A program made the position numbers and the translations under genes. Source: Candidatus Algichlamydia australiensis (GTDB taxonomy: Bacteria; Chlamydiota; Chlamydiia; Chlamydiales; JAJFMI01). Taken from it: a stretch of 64,000 nt of DNA. The stretch covers positions 23,403 to 87,402 of the forward strand of contig JAXCHI010000001.1 of the NCBI GenBank assembly GCA_033977065.1. The letters run 5' to 3'. A model generated the notes under the pieces. The model ran no database searches. It was not told the origin of the DNA and saw nothing but the letters and a program-made list of their open reading frames with translations. Of this stretch, positions 9,301-17,997 are shown in pieces (positions within the stretch are counted from its first letter, which is position 1; every line of letters begins with the position of its first letter).

Positions 9301-10993
9301 ATGTGAGAAAAAAGATCTAGAAACACTTTTTTCTCCCAAAGCCGTAGGAATTTTAACAGACCAAAGCAGTAAACACAGATCTTTGCAAGAGAGATTAAAT
9401 AGAGGGAGAAGTCCCAATTACAACATTGCCCTAAAGGAAAACCTAGATAAGCTTCTCTATAGACTTTATCCTGATGGTCCAACTCAAAAAAGCCAGACTA
9501 ACTATCGATTTGGCGCAAAGGGAGCCTTATCGGTCGTGCATAGTGGTGAAAAAGCAGGGCAGTTCTATGATTTTGAAACTCAAGAAGGAGGGGGACCTCT
9601 ATCTCTTATTCAGCACGCTCTATTCATCGACAAGGATGAAGCTAAAGAGTGGGCCAGAGCTTTTTTGGGAGTTGCTGAAACAATCCAAACTCCTGTGAAT
9701 TTTCAAAGAGCGACTCAAAAAGAGAGGGAGAAAAATAAAAATTGGGTGAGCCTTGTACCAGAGGAGGGAGTAGCGGCTCCAAAATTAAACGAGATACAAA
9801 ACTCAAAACTCCACTACTACTACGAAGAAACTGCAAGATACCCTTATAAAGATGAGAATGGTCGCCTCCTCTATTATGTTCTTCGCTTACAAGACAAAGA
9901 GGATCGGTCAAAAAAAATCACACCACCATTAAGCTTTGGTTATGAAAAAGAGTTTTCTGGAAAGGGGCGGTGGGCCTTAAAGGGATACCAACCAGAAGGG
10001 AAGTTAAGAACGCTCTATCACCTAGAAAAGCTAAACGAATTCCCAAAAGCCACCATACTAATTGTTGAAGGAGAAAAGACAGCTGATCGAGCGCATGCTA
10101 AATTTCCTAACCATAATTTCTTAACCGTTACCTGGTCTGGAGGAGCGGGAAGTGTAGAAAAAACAGATTGGTCTCCCTTGTCGGGCCGGAAAGTTTTGAT
10201 CTGGCCCGACAACGATGAGGCTGGATTTAAAGCTTCTGCGCAAATATGTTCAGAACTAAAAAATGTCGGTGTACAATCTCTTCATGTCATAGATAGAAAG
10301 CTTCTTCAAGAAAAATTCCCGAAAAAGTGGGACCTTGCAGACGAGTTACCGGAAGGAATGGAGCAAAAAGATTTACAGAGAATTTTAATTTCAAAAAAGC
10401 AGAAAGCTTTGAATCCAGAACAACTTCTAAATGAACTAAAGCTCTCAGGGATACAGATAGAAGCAAATTCGCAACTAGAAAGAAGAAGAATTAATGAGAT
10501 TTTGGCAAAAACAGATGAACGTCTCAGGGATAAACTTGAAAAAGACTTTAATGGGGATGAAAGAAGAGTCAATGAAGCAATATTAGCAGAAGCAAAACAA
10601 ATTATAGGATCGAAAGATGTCATTAAAGGAGAGTTACTAGCACAGCAGGGGAGGGGCGAATCCTTTGTCTCGAGATTATTGCATCAATGCTTAGTATTTC
10701 AAGCTGAGTCTGGACGAAAACCTTCTCAATATGAGCTAACATTAATGAAAAGGGTAATACGCCAACAAAAATCAATGGAAAACACCTTCTCTGAATATAA
10801 ATACTCCGCTGAAGAAAAAGGCCTTTATAAAGATCACATTGTGCAACAAAATGTGAATAAAGAGCTAAGTATTTCAAGTGGAGAACAAAGTTTAGACGCA
10901 GGTCTCAAAAATGAAAAAATAAGGAGAGTACATCATGAAAAAGAAGTTACACAAAAGGGAGTTGAGCAAACAACTCCTCAACCAGAGTTGTGA
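6383..10993 (+). CDS. traA: Ti-type TraA: MobA/MobL (MOBQ) relaxase + RecD-like SF1B helicase + C-terminal TOPRIM/primase-like domain
   Basis: GTG start after GGAGA. AAYVSR, LWNLAE, LALP, HNWHAH (relaxase); GYAGTGKS, VDEAG, SGDAAQL, GYASTYYRCQG (helicase); VEGEKTAD...WPDND (TOPRIM). Confidence 0.92.
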   Translation: MAIGFARLEFVKRSEMKNACYKAAYVSRSRVVFEGNTVMPGKVYDFSRQEPPVYHEVLLPEGASESFKSVEKLWNLAERTESRKNSQTALEIVLALPDDAVVTLEDRKELVKTLIQKELVDKGLAAQIDIHQPKREIEFTKSWKDQGITAGERGEIIHELNGKYTIKLNTGKSKGRQLLLNPKEFSGFIEKEHNWHAHVLVTTRRFDPTGKQLGNKARDLMPGVRKGRVISGSDWGKLWSNHQNEYFKQKGYALQVDHNGIVPQEHLGPVRMRGRAFSLMEEHDRIALMNQKKSKEPDSVLKALTKHKSFFTKEDLDRYLDKHTSVNELKGFKEKFWSQDNLIHLVDRVKGEETDKWTSKEVFAEERKILRIAEKMSEKRILSTSWEKEITSNSQSLNEEQSKAFKGILGEKNLSCIQGYAGTGKSYLLNALKNAYTSKKIKVRGFGPDSATANVLIEKGLENSENIHRFLFGLKHGKREITKGKEVWIVDEAGKLGNQLLSELLIAAEKKRVKVILSGDAAQLPSVDRGGMFAIFCQKFGSHELENIQRQKETYQREISKKLAKGKMGAALDQLSCREGLKWTETKKESIEALVSQWAKDKDNYPGEELLMVAHKNSEVRVLNELARLVRKSRGEIQDKEYFCETAKGDFYASVNDKIEFRANNKELGVTNGQTGVLIYASERKFTVAINQRGKASKRVSFNPKRFTSYQLGYASTYYRCQGRTVDRAYVLHSSSMNKEMFYVGLTRHEKDTALYLSKDETFSLADLKRQAYRKGEKSTTLQFTSQDEIVDEEKRESKRERVQELKGSEHIRDRVKGHTLSLWGEFVGRGANALLNHRDRKLDKEFYGAPKIPAIRGKATAVSKELQLKDFTKLTSNISYKLQNIPEKTPLEEKWDVYQSASAAMKETRKSSPHKDLIEKYVKASKEAQQMKEVSELEAASRNIPLAGVSRYRTWQKTCGLRNALADEVLQKCEKKDLETLFSPKAVGILTDQSSKHRSLQERLNRGRSPNYNIALKENLDKLLYRLYPDGPTQKSQTNYRFGAKGALSVVHSGEKAGQFYDFETQEGGGPLSLIQHALFIDKDEAKEWARAFLGVAETIQTPVNFQRATQKEREKNKNWVSLVPEEGVAAPKLNEIQNSKLHYYYEETARYPYKDENGRLLYYVLRLQDKEDRSKKITPPLSFGYEKEFSGKGRWALKGYQPEGKLRTLYHLEKLNEFPKATILIVEGEKTADRAHAKFPNHNFLTVTWSGGAGSVEKTDWSPLSGRKVLIWPDNDEAGFKASAQICSELKNVGVQSLHVIDRKLLQEKFPKKWDLADELPEGMEQKDLQRILISKKQKALNPEQLLNELKLSGIQIEANSQLERRRINEILAKTDERLRDKLEKDFNGDERRVNEAILAEAKQIIGSKDVIKGELLAQQGRGESFVSRLLHQCLVFQAESGRKPSQYELTLMKRVIRQQKSMENTFSEYKYSAEEKGLYKDHIVQQNVNKELSISSGEQSLDAGLKNEKIRRVHHEKEVTQKGVEQTTPQPEL

Positions 10994-11204
10994 TTATCAT
11001 TATGAAATAACAAGTGAGGACATACTCTTAACAGAACTCGTCCTGTATTCATGTCACAACGGGGAAAGAGTGCTATTAGAGTTGTCAGAAGGAACTGCCG
11101 CTGTAATTGTACCTATAGAAGACGTGAATCTTCTCAATGCTGTCGAAGGATAGTAGTTCCTATGCGTTAAGAGCTCATTCTTAGTAGGTTCCTGTATGAG
11201 CGTA

Positions 11205-11233
11205 TTGACTTTTTGTTTTAGGAATTATATATT
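11205..11233 (+). promoter_or_regulatory. Sigma70/sigma66-like promoter
   Basis: TTGACT-N17-TATATT about 100 bp upstream of the 11330 ORF. Confidence 0.5.
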
Positions 11234-11329
11234 TCAAATCCAAATACAAGAAACATCATAAACTGCTATTTTTCTAATCTAAGAATTAAAAAACTTAGAA
11301 TTGTAAAAATAATATAAAGAAGAGGAACA

Positions 11330-11806
11330 ATGAATAATCTTGCTACTATGGAAAGCCCAAATTTAGAGGAAGTAATACAAAAGTCTATGCGAAAAGTAGG
11401 AGTATCAAAAGAGTTTGATCTTTGCTCTTATTTACCCGAAGGAGGGAGAAGAACGCATCATTTTACCTACGAAAAACTTAAGATAAAGAACCCCAAAGAT
11501 CTCATTTGCTTACTAGAAAAGCATATTTTAGAAAATAGTGCACCTCAGCAATACCCATCCAAACCAAGATCTAAAAAAGGAAGCTCAGGATCCCTACAAC
11601 TCAACCTCAAAAAAAATCAAGCTCAAGAGCTTCTACAGCTTGCAAAAGAATCTGGAAATGCAGAGCTTATTGAGTTATTAAAGCCAGCTTATCCCCTGAA
11701 GGAAATTCAAAAAGAGCTGATTCTTTCTATTAAGGAGAAGAGAGCAGACCGATCCCTTTGGAAGGCTTATGAAGAAGCAATTAAAGAGCTTGAAAACGAA
11801 AAATAA
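11330..11806 (+). CDS. Chlamydiota-conserved basic protein (DdbA-like putative dsDNA-binding protein)
   Basis: LEEVIQKSMRKVG..E.DLCSYLP..G...HHFT..KLK.K.P...LW.AY pattern resembles a conserved chlamydial chromosomal protein, recognised from memory. RBS GAGG. Confidence 0.55.
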   Translation: MNNLATMESPNLEEVIQKSMRKVGVSKEFDLCSYLPEGGRRTHHFTYEKLKIKNPKDLICLLEKHILENSAPQQYPSKPRSKKGSSGSLQLNLKKNQAQELLQLAKESGNAELIELLKPAYPLKEIQKELILSIKEKRADRSLWKAYEEAIKELENEK

Positions 11807-11825
11807 AGTTCAATTTATTAGTGAT

Positions 11826-11865
11826 AGGGCGCTTTCAGCCAAGGATTTAGAGCGCCCTCTCTTTT
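11826..11865 (+). terminator. Probable intrinsic terminator
   Basis: AGGGCGCT...AGCGCCCT stem followed by CTTTT, just after the 11806 stop. Confidence 0.5.
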
Positions 11866-11924
11866 GTGCAGTAATTTTTTAAGAGAAGTTTATCGTTGAA
11901 TAACCATCATATAGCAGAATAAAC

Positions 11925-12194
11925 ATGCTTGATTCTGGCAACATCCATTACTGTCTGTGGTCTAGCAATAAAAAACCGATTGAATGGACAGAAAAAAATG
12001 CATTTACTATTTCTAACTTTCCAATTCCTGCTTTCGCTTCTTACTTTGAGAATGATCCTGTTGTTAGAAAATATGAAAAAGAACGTAAGCAAATTCAAAG
12101 ACTTTATCGAGGCAAGGATTTTGTAGATATGACCTTAGAGTTTCTCACAAAAAAAGATGAAGCTGTTTATGAAATCGTTAAGGTTGATCAATAA
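11925..12194 (+). pseudogene. C-terminal fragment of the paralog family represented by 35509-36387 and 41532-42446
   Basis: FPIPAFASY...KYEKERKQIQRLYRGKDFVDMTLEFL aligns by eye with LPMFMAD...MYQEDREKILAYYDGKKFLETTLAFF and IPSFVSY...YYKKRKSIQQYLEGKNLTKETLHIL. Confidence 0.65.
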
Positions 12195-12273
12195 AACTGT
12201 TAATAGTGCTGGTAGTAGGTTAAAAAAGAGGGGAGCTTAGCAACTTTAGATTTAATAGGTAGGAACACTTCAT

Positions 12274-12735
12274 CTACATATTATATTTCATCTCGATTAG
12301 TGATAGACAAAATAGAAAATATGAGATGGAAACCATGCTTACAAAAAGTAATAATACACACGGCATGATAAGACTTCTAACTTTGTTGTGGATACTGAGA
12401 AATTTTTTGCCATTTCCTTTTTCAAAAAACATAGAGATACTGATGATAAGGAAAGGAAAATGTAACATTAAGCATGCGCTTCCTATTAGAGCGGTTACAA
12501 ATCCCAAAATCTTAAGCAAAAGAAAAAAAAAGTACCCGGGGATACTGAGGAGCGATAAAAGCAAAAGTTCTATACGCCCAAAATCTCTCAAATTACCTTT
12601 CAACCTACTCATTAGGTACGATACAACAGCGAGCGTAGCAATCAAGCCCAAGTAATAAAAGTCCAAGATAGAGGGACCTTGAACTAGGGGGGTAAATGCG
12701 GTTAGAAGACCCGGGGTTGTAATCGAAAAAGTCAT
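12274..12735 (-). CDS. Hypothetical membrane protein (about 4 TM)
   Basis: 153-aa ORF with several hydrophobic stretches. Confidence 0.55.
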   Translation of the reverse strand: MTFSITTPGLLTAFTPLVQGPSILDFYYLGLIATLAVVSYLMSRLKGNLRDFGRIELLLLSLLSIPGYFFFLLLKILGFVTALIGSACLMLHFPFLIISISMFFEKGNGKKFLSIHNKVRSLIMPCVLLLFVSMVSISYFLFCLSLIEMKYNM

Positions 12736-12908
12736 TTTAATACGTTCATTAATCTATTGTCTTCCATATACCAAATTATGTTTTTTATAAAAAAGAAGAT
12801 GAAGAAGCTTATGAAATCGTAATGGATGACCAATAAAAACCGAAAACACTTGTCAAAAAACACACTCTTTAGCATCTTTCGTAAAGAAATTACAGAGAGG
12901 ATGTAAAG

Positions 12909-14411
12909 ATGGTTTTTTCAGAGTTTTTTAGAAAGGTTTGCCTCTTTTTGCTTATTCCTTCGGTTTTTCTTCATGCAGTTCCTCAATCTGCTAGTCCAGG
13001 AAGCTGTATCTCTTCATTAGAAGACCCGATTAGGAAAAGTTATTCTTTTACTACCCTTGATAAGTTGTTAGTTGACGATGTTTTAAATTTTATTGATGCC
13101 ATCGAGAAGGGAGCAATTGTTCCGAGTAATTTGCGAGAACTCGAATTGCTGCAAAACATGGTAGTAAACTTTGCAAGGAACGGAGTTCTTTCAAGTGACT
13201 TTTCTACTGCAGGTTGGGTTGAGCAGGACATTTATGAGTTGTTTAATGAATCGTCAGATAACGATTGGTATTTTGATTATTCGGAATACGGTTTTGAAAA
13301 TTACGGGTCTTTTAGTGGGAATTTTGAGCAAGATCGTGAATTTTTGCTTTGTAGTAGTGGAATTAGTAAAAAATGGAAAAAAGCAAAAAGTTTTGTTCGT
13401 AAGCACAAAGCTGCAATTATCGCTGGGGCCGTTATAGTCGTTGCTATTGTGGTAGTCGTTGTAGTCACAGGAGAATCAAGCAGTGTTGGAACTGTGGCAA
13501 CAGGGGTGGGGTCTGTATTGGCAGCAAGTCAATCGGATGATGTTGATCCAGAAACAAGTCAACATGAATCAAGTTATGAGAAATATGATGTTGAACTAGC
13601 TGAATCTTCCCATCTTGAAGAAAGCGACGAATTCATTAAAAAGCTTGCAGAAGAAAAAATCGAACTTTTTAAGGAAGAGGTTAGGAATGAGATCGAATCT
13701 AAAAATGATCAAGAAATTAGAGAAAATCCTGAGAGGTCTTTTAAGGAGAGCTTAAAGAATTTAGGTTCTGTGCTATCTCATGAAATTCTTGACGGTGCTG
13801 CTAAAGTTGCTTCTACTGGACCTGAACTTGCTGAAGAAATTGATGATATTGGCAGAAGACTTTTTCACGATGAAGAAGAGGTAGATATTCCTCTGCTATT
13901 TAATTCTCCTAAAGAAAAATTTAAAGATTGGTTGGCTGCAGCACATGAAAAAATTGATGAAGTCTTTTCAACTGAAGCAGCAAGCAGCTATACTGAAGAG
14001 GCTAAAAGAGCTAGAGCTGACAGTGGGTTAGTTATTAGTGAGTTACCTCCTCCGGGGTCTTGTAAGGTAGGTCGCATTGCACCAACCCAGGCCTCCTCAA
14101 TAAGAGGATGGAAGGTCGGAGATCCAATTAATAATTTGACAAGGGCAGGAAAGGTTCCAAAATGGAGCACAGTTAGAAAGAGATATTGGAAAAATGAAGC
14201 TTTTGCAAAAGGTGCGGAATATGAGCTTGAAAATGTTAAAAGAATGAAAAAAGGACTAGCCCCTAGAAGATTTAATGACGACTTGGGAAAGGCTGAAAGT
14301 ATGGAATTGCATCACATACCCCCACAAAAAGAAGGAGGATTATTTGACGTTATTCCATTGTGGCCTGAAGAACATGCTAAAGTTGACCCTAATAGATACA
14401 CAGGAAAGTAA
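12909..14411 (+). CDS. Secreted polymorphic toxin with C-terminal HNH/EndoVII (LHH-like) nuclease
   Basis: Signal peptide, Val-rich TM segment, acidic middle region. C-terminus ENVKRMKKGLAP...MELHH..PQ...WPEEH matches LHH-type toxin nucleases. Confidence 0.75.
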   Translation: MVFSEFFRKVCLFLLIPSVFLHAVPQSASPGSCISSLEDPIRKSYSFTTLDKLLVDDVLNFIDAIEKGAIVPSNLRELELLQNMVVNFARNGVLSSDFSTAGWVEQDIYELFNESSDNDWYFDYSEYGFENYGSFSGNFEQDREFLLCSSGISKKWKKAKSFVRKHKAAIIAGAVIVVAIVVVVVVTGESSSVGTVATGVGSVLAASQSDDVDPETSQHESSYEKYDVELAESSHLEESDEFIKKLAEEKIELFKEEVRNEIESKNDQEIRENPERSFKESLKNLGSVLSHEILDGAAKVASTGPELAEEIDDIGRRLFHDEEEVDIPLLFNSPKEKFKDWLAAAHEKIDEVFSTEAASSYTEEAKRARADSGLVISELPPPGSCKVGRIAPTQASSIRGWKVGDPINNLTRAGKVPKWSTVRKRYWKNEAFAKGAEYELENVKRMKKGLAPRRFNDDLGKAESMELHHIPPQKEGGLFDVIPLWPEEHAKVDPNRYTGK

Positions 14412-14413
14412 TT

Positions 14414-14896
14414 ATGCCAAATTTTAATAAATTATTTGAGAACTCTAAGGGAAAGCCTATAAATTACAATGGCAAGATTCTTACGAGGTTCGATAATTTT
14501 GCTATTGAAAATGGAGAATCTTTGGTTATTTGCATAGAATCTACAAATAGTAAAAATACACAGGGTGTTGCGGTTGATATTACGGGGAGTTGTATGTTCA
14601 ACGGAAGAGAATGGAATCAAGGGAAAGGTGTTTTTATGGTTTTCTGGGAAAAATCTGAAGTTTATGATCCTAAAAACATTGAATTAAAAATATGTTCTAC
14701 GAAAGGGAGTGTGAAGATTAGAAATATTTGGGAAAGCACAGACCATCGAGGAAGCAGTTTTGTCGATTATGGAAGGTACGGTTCTGCAATGATTTTAGAA
14801 GAGATACCAGGTGGAAAGAAATATTCATGCAATGACTGGACCCCAGATGAAAATTTTGATGATATTATTTTTACTGTGAAAAAGATGGGTGTATAG
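14414..14896 (+). CDS. Putative cognate immunity protein
   Basis: Starts 2 bp after the toxin stop; 160 aa, soluble. Confidence 0.6.
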   Translation: MPNFNKLFENSKGKPINYNGKILTRFDNFAIENGESLVICIESTNSKNTQGVAVDITGSCMFNGREWNQGKGVFMVFWEKSEVYDPKNIELKICSTKGSVKIRNIWESTDHRGSSFVDYGRYGSAMILEEIPGGKKYSCNDWTPDENFDDIIFTVKKMGV

Positions 14897-14947
14897 AAAG
14901 AAGTAAGAAGCTTTTGTAGTTTCGTTCAGGAAATTACAAAAAATGAT

Positions 14948-15208
14948 TCATTTTTTTATCACCGAAAAACTCGGAATGAATTCTTCGATTTCGCATTCCA
15001 AAACGTTTGCTATTGTTGCAAGCATCTCGATTGTTACGTTAGATTCACCCCTTTCTATAATACCGATGTAAGTTCTATGGATATCTGTTTCCATGCCGAG
15101 AGCTTCTTGGGAGTACCCCATTTTTTTTCTCTTTTCGCGAATTAGACTTCCAATAGTCTTGCAAAGCGTTTCTTTTTGCTTTTCAGTAAGTTTTTTGCTC
15201 TTCTTCAT
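14948..15208 (-). CDS. XRE/HipB/C-protein-like HTH regulator
   Basis: IREKRKKMGYSQEALG...HRTYIGIIERGESNVTIEML is a classic XRE HTH. Confidence 0.9.
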   Translation of the reverse strand: MKKSKKLTEKQKETLCKTIGSLIREKRKKMGYSQEALGMETDIHRTYIGIIERGESNVTIEMLATIANVLECEIEEFIPSFSVIKK

Positions 15209-15282
15209 ATGATATAAGATATGAAGATGATGAACATACCTCTACAGAATATACCTAGCATTTTTGTTTTCGCCTGTTTATT

Positions 15283-15302
15283 ATGATGAGTATATTCATC
15301 AT
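15283..15302. promoter_or_regulatory. Palindromic putative operator
   Basis: ATGATGAGTATATTCATCAT, a near-perfect 20-bp palindrome between the XRE gene and a divergent small ORF. Confidence 0.5.
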
Positions 15303-15323
15303 TTATGAGCAAGAGGTGTGGTT

Positions 15324-15407
15324 ATGAATGGAATTTTTAACTTGGGATTAATTTTGGGATTTTCAATCGTTTTGTACATTTATCAAGAAATAAAGATCCG
15401 GAGATAA
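15324..15407 (+). CDS. 27-aa single-TM peptide (MNGIFNLGLILGFSIVLYIYQEIKIRR)
   Basis: Translated by hand. RBS AAGAGGTG upstream; hydrophobic core with a basic tail. Confidence 0.45.
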   Translation: MNGIFNLGLILGFSIVLYIYQEIKIRR

Positions 15408-15630
15408 ACAAGAGCTATAAAAGAGAGAGAGAACGAGGATCCCTAGCACTAATAGGAAAATGCACACTCAATTTTGGCATTTCTTGTAAACCAAATTGAG
15501 TGGACTGTAACCGTTTAGGTTTTTGGTTGATTCCGTTTCAAATCATTAAAAAATATTCATCCTTAGGTAGTAATTGAAATTTTTCAGGGGAAATCATACC
15601 TTAATGAGATGAACCTTTAAAAAGGGATTT

Positions 15631-16335
15631 ATGGAATCAAGTAGACCATCTTTTGGGATTATGAGTGGGGTAGCCACTTTTTTAGGGCTTTCTCCGCATC
15701 TTCTGGTATTATCAGCGCTTTTGGTTTTTAGACCCCCATCTGCGACAACAGGATCAATTGTGATGTTTACAGTTGGGGCAAAGCTTCTTGTTGAATGCGT
15801 CTTTTATCAATTTTTCTCTAATCAAATGAAGAGTCAAAAAATAATGAAAGGTTGGGAGGAAGTCGTTTCAGTACCTTTACTATCTCACCCAAATGTCTCA
15901 CTCTCTATCTTTTTTTATTTTATCGATCATGTATGCGACATACTAATCCTATACAAAGCATTACAAACGCCATTTTATCCTCCACTTATTTTCTTTGTAT
16001 TCCTTGGTTGCCAAGCAGCAGCTTCATATGTTCAGGGTCGGATCTCCGATCTAGTTAGTTTAAAAAAATCACTTTTATTTGCTCTTAGCGCAGCGTTTCT
16101 TGCTCTACTGGGGATAGAATTTGTCGGGATGATTTCGCCGAACTCAAATTCTTTTAGTATATCGACATTACCAAGCAATTTTGCTGGCCTAAATCTATTA
16201 GAACCATCTACTCAAATTTTGATTCTGATGGTAGGGAAAGGTCTTTTTGGAAATATCTCAACATTGTCTAGATCAGCAATTGCTTCAGTAGTTTTTGCAG
16301 AAGCCATGAGAAAATTCAGTAAAAAAGGCGTTTAA
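15631..16335 (+). CDS. MFS-like half transporter
   Basis: Multiple TMs; VQGRISD...LKKSLL resembles MFS motif A; GLFGNISTLSRSAIA. Confidence 0.55.
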   Translation: MESSRPSFGIMSGVATFLGLSPHLLVLSALLVFRPPSATTGSIVMFTVGAKLLVECVFYQFFSNQMKSQKIMKGWEEVVSVPLLSHPNVSLSIFFYFIDHVCDILILYKALQTPFYPPLIFFVFLGCQAAASYVQGRISDLVSLKKSLLFALSAAFLALLGIEFVGMISPNSNSFSISTLPSNFAGLNLLEPSTQILILMVGKGLFGNISTLSRSAIASVVFAEAMRKFSKKGV

Positions 16336-16341
16336 GAATTT

Positions 16342-16896
16342 ATGAGCTTAAAAAAAGTAATCATTCACATCTACGCTATTTTCTCTCAGTGGCTGAGTAG
16401 GGGAATATTAGGCTTCATCTGTTTCCAAGATGACTCAACAAGGGTTTTAGCATTGTTATTCGCTCTTACTTGGGGGATCGGAAGCATAGTTCAAGGAAAG
16501 CTTTCAGATGAGAAAAGTTCTAGGAAGAAGATTATTTTGATCACGCAATGTTCTCTTGTAGCTTCATGCATCCTTGCGTATTTTGGAATAGTGAGGGGAA
16601 GCAATGAGATTCCAATAGTAATCTTAGCTACGAGCCTTGTTCTAAACGGGGCTTTTGGAAACAGCTCTCCAGCTCTAACAGCTCATATAATGGATTGTGG
16701 AGTTGATCAGAAAAAAGCAATTTCTTGGTTACTGGTCACCAGGCAGTTTGGGTTAGTTGTTGGGATTTTGGTTGGACTACTATCTGCAAAATTAGCATTA
16801 GGTATGACTGTTTTAGCGAACTGTTCATCTCTATTCCTTATGCATAAGTTGTTTGCTACAGAAGCGCTTACTTCAAACCAAAATATAGAGAGCTAA
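16342..16896 (+). CDS. MFS-like half transporter (paralog of the upstream gene)
   Basis: VQGKLSDEKSSRKKII (motif A-like), GAFGNSSPALTAHIMD; about 6 TM. Confidence 0.55.
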   Translation: MSLKKVIIHIYAIFSQWLSRGILGFICFQDDSTRVLALLFALTWGIGSIVQGKLSDEKSSRKKIILITQCSLVASCILAYFGIVRGSNEIPIVILATSLVLNGAFGNSSPALTAHIMDCGVDQKKAISWLLVTRQFGLVVGILVGLLSAKLALGMTVLANCSSLFLMHKLFATEALTSNQNIES

Positions 16897-16934
16897 AAAT
16901 AGGGAAATCGGGATTATCTCCGAGCATGTCTACT

Positions 16935-17540
16935 TCAATTTTTTTTATGGATAGATTCTTTGAAACTCCTATATCTAATCGCACCTAAAACTGATAGGAA
17001 AAATGTGAGAAAGGCAGCAAGGGCAATTGCAGAGCCATGCCCAAGAGAAACTACACAAAAATAGCTACCAAGAACAAAAGAAATAGAGCTTGCAATGTAG
17101 GTCATGAATAGAGCTATAAGGAAAGGCTTAATATAAACGTTCAAGGGCACAATTCTTTCATTTTCTTGAAAAAAAGGCTCTAACTCAGAAAAAGCTTTTT
17201 CAAGGAAAATTCCTCTTTGAGAGATAATATTCGCTTTGTTTAAGAGAATTTTTCCTGTTCGATATTGGTATCCGGTAGCAGCGAAAAATACAAATGAGAT
17301 AAATACACTAAACTTGGGTACAGAAACTATATATTTTTCTCCGGTAAGAATAGCGATCGTCATAACCGCAAGAAATACAAGAAAAGTTTTTACCGTAAAC
17401 AGTTGATTTTGAGAGAATTGTTTTTGGAAGTAAAAGAAGCAATCTGCATTATAAGCTTGTTCAAAGTGCGCGCTTACTAGATCTGGGGGAAGCTTGTTTT
17501 CGTAGAGCTCTTCTATGCTAATGATTTTCTTGTCAGTCAT
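16935..17540 (-). CDS. Hypothetical 4-TM membrane protein
   Basis: Two hydrophobic hairpins separated by ..SQRGIFLEK; layout resembles 29060-29623. Confidence 0.6.
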   Translation of the reverse strand: MTDKKIISIEELYENKLPPDLVSAHFEQAYNADCFFYFQKQFSQNQLFTVKTFLVFLAVMTIAILTGEKYIVSVPKFSVFISFVFFAATGYQYRTGKILLNKANIISQRGIFLEKAFSELEPFFQENERIVPLNVYIKPFLIALFMTYIASSISFVLGSYFCVVSLGHGSAIALAAFLTFFLSVLGAIRYRSFKESIHKKN

Positions 17541-17997
17541 TACTATCTATCCTGCCCCTAGATTTAACATGAATTTTAAGGGTGATTCAATGCTATTTTT
17601 TGGGCAAGTTTCTTATTTTACAAAAAACGGCCTCTGTTTGGTAATAGCCACCTTGGGTAAGACGGAGAAAAAATGAGACGGGGGAGCATTGGGCACAATG
17701 CCTCAAGTAATACTTCTTGCTGAAGCGATCAACCGTGTAAACTCTGAGAAGAGTTTGTCACAATATGGATTCCTTATCAAAAAAGCTTGTAAGTGCCAGA
17801 AAAGAACACGTTCCTGAGGACCTAAAGTTTTTTAGTAGAAAGAAATGATTGTAAAAAAAACACCTAAAAGAAAAAATGGGTACTCTGCTATAGAGAAAAG
17901 ATTGTAGATAAGAGCTGAAAGCCTTTGCTAATCGGAGAAGGTAAAGCTCTTGGATATCGTAAGTTGATTTATATTTTAACAAATAGAGAACCACGTA

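Noticed and set aside
10935..11153. 72-aa ORF overlapping the traA end (faintly antitoxin-like)
   Set aside because: No convincing start or RBS outside traA and no partner gene; at most a remnant.
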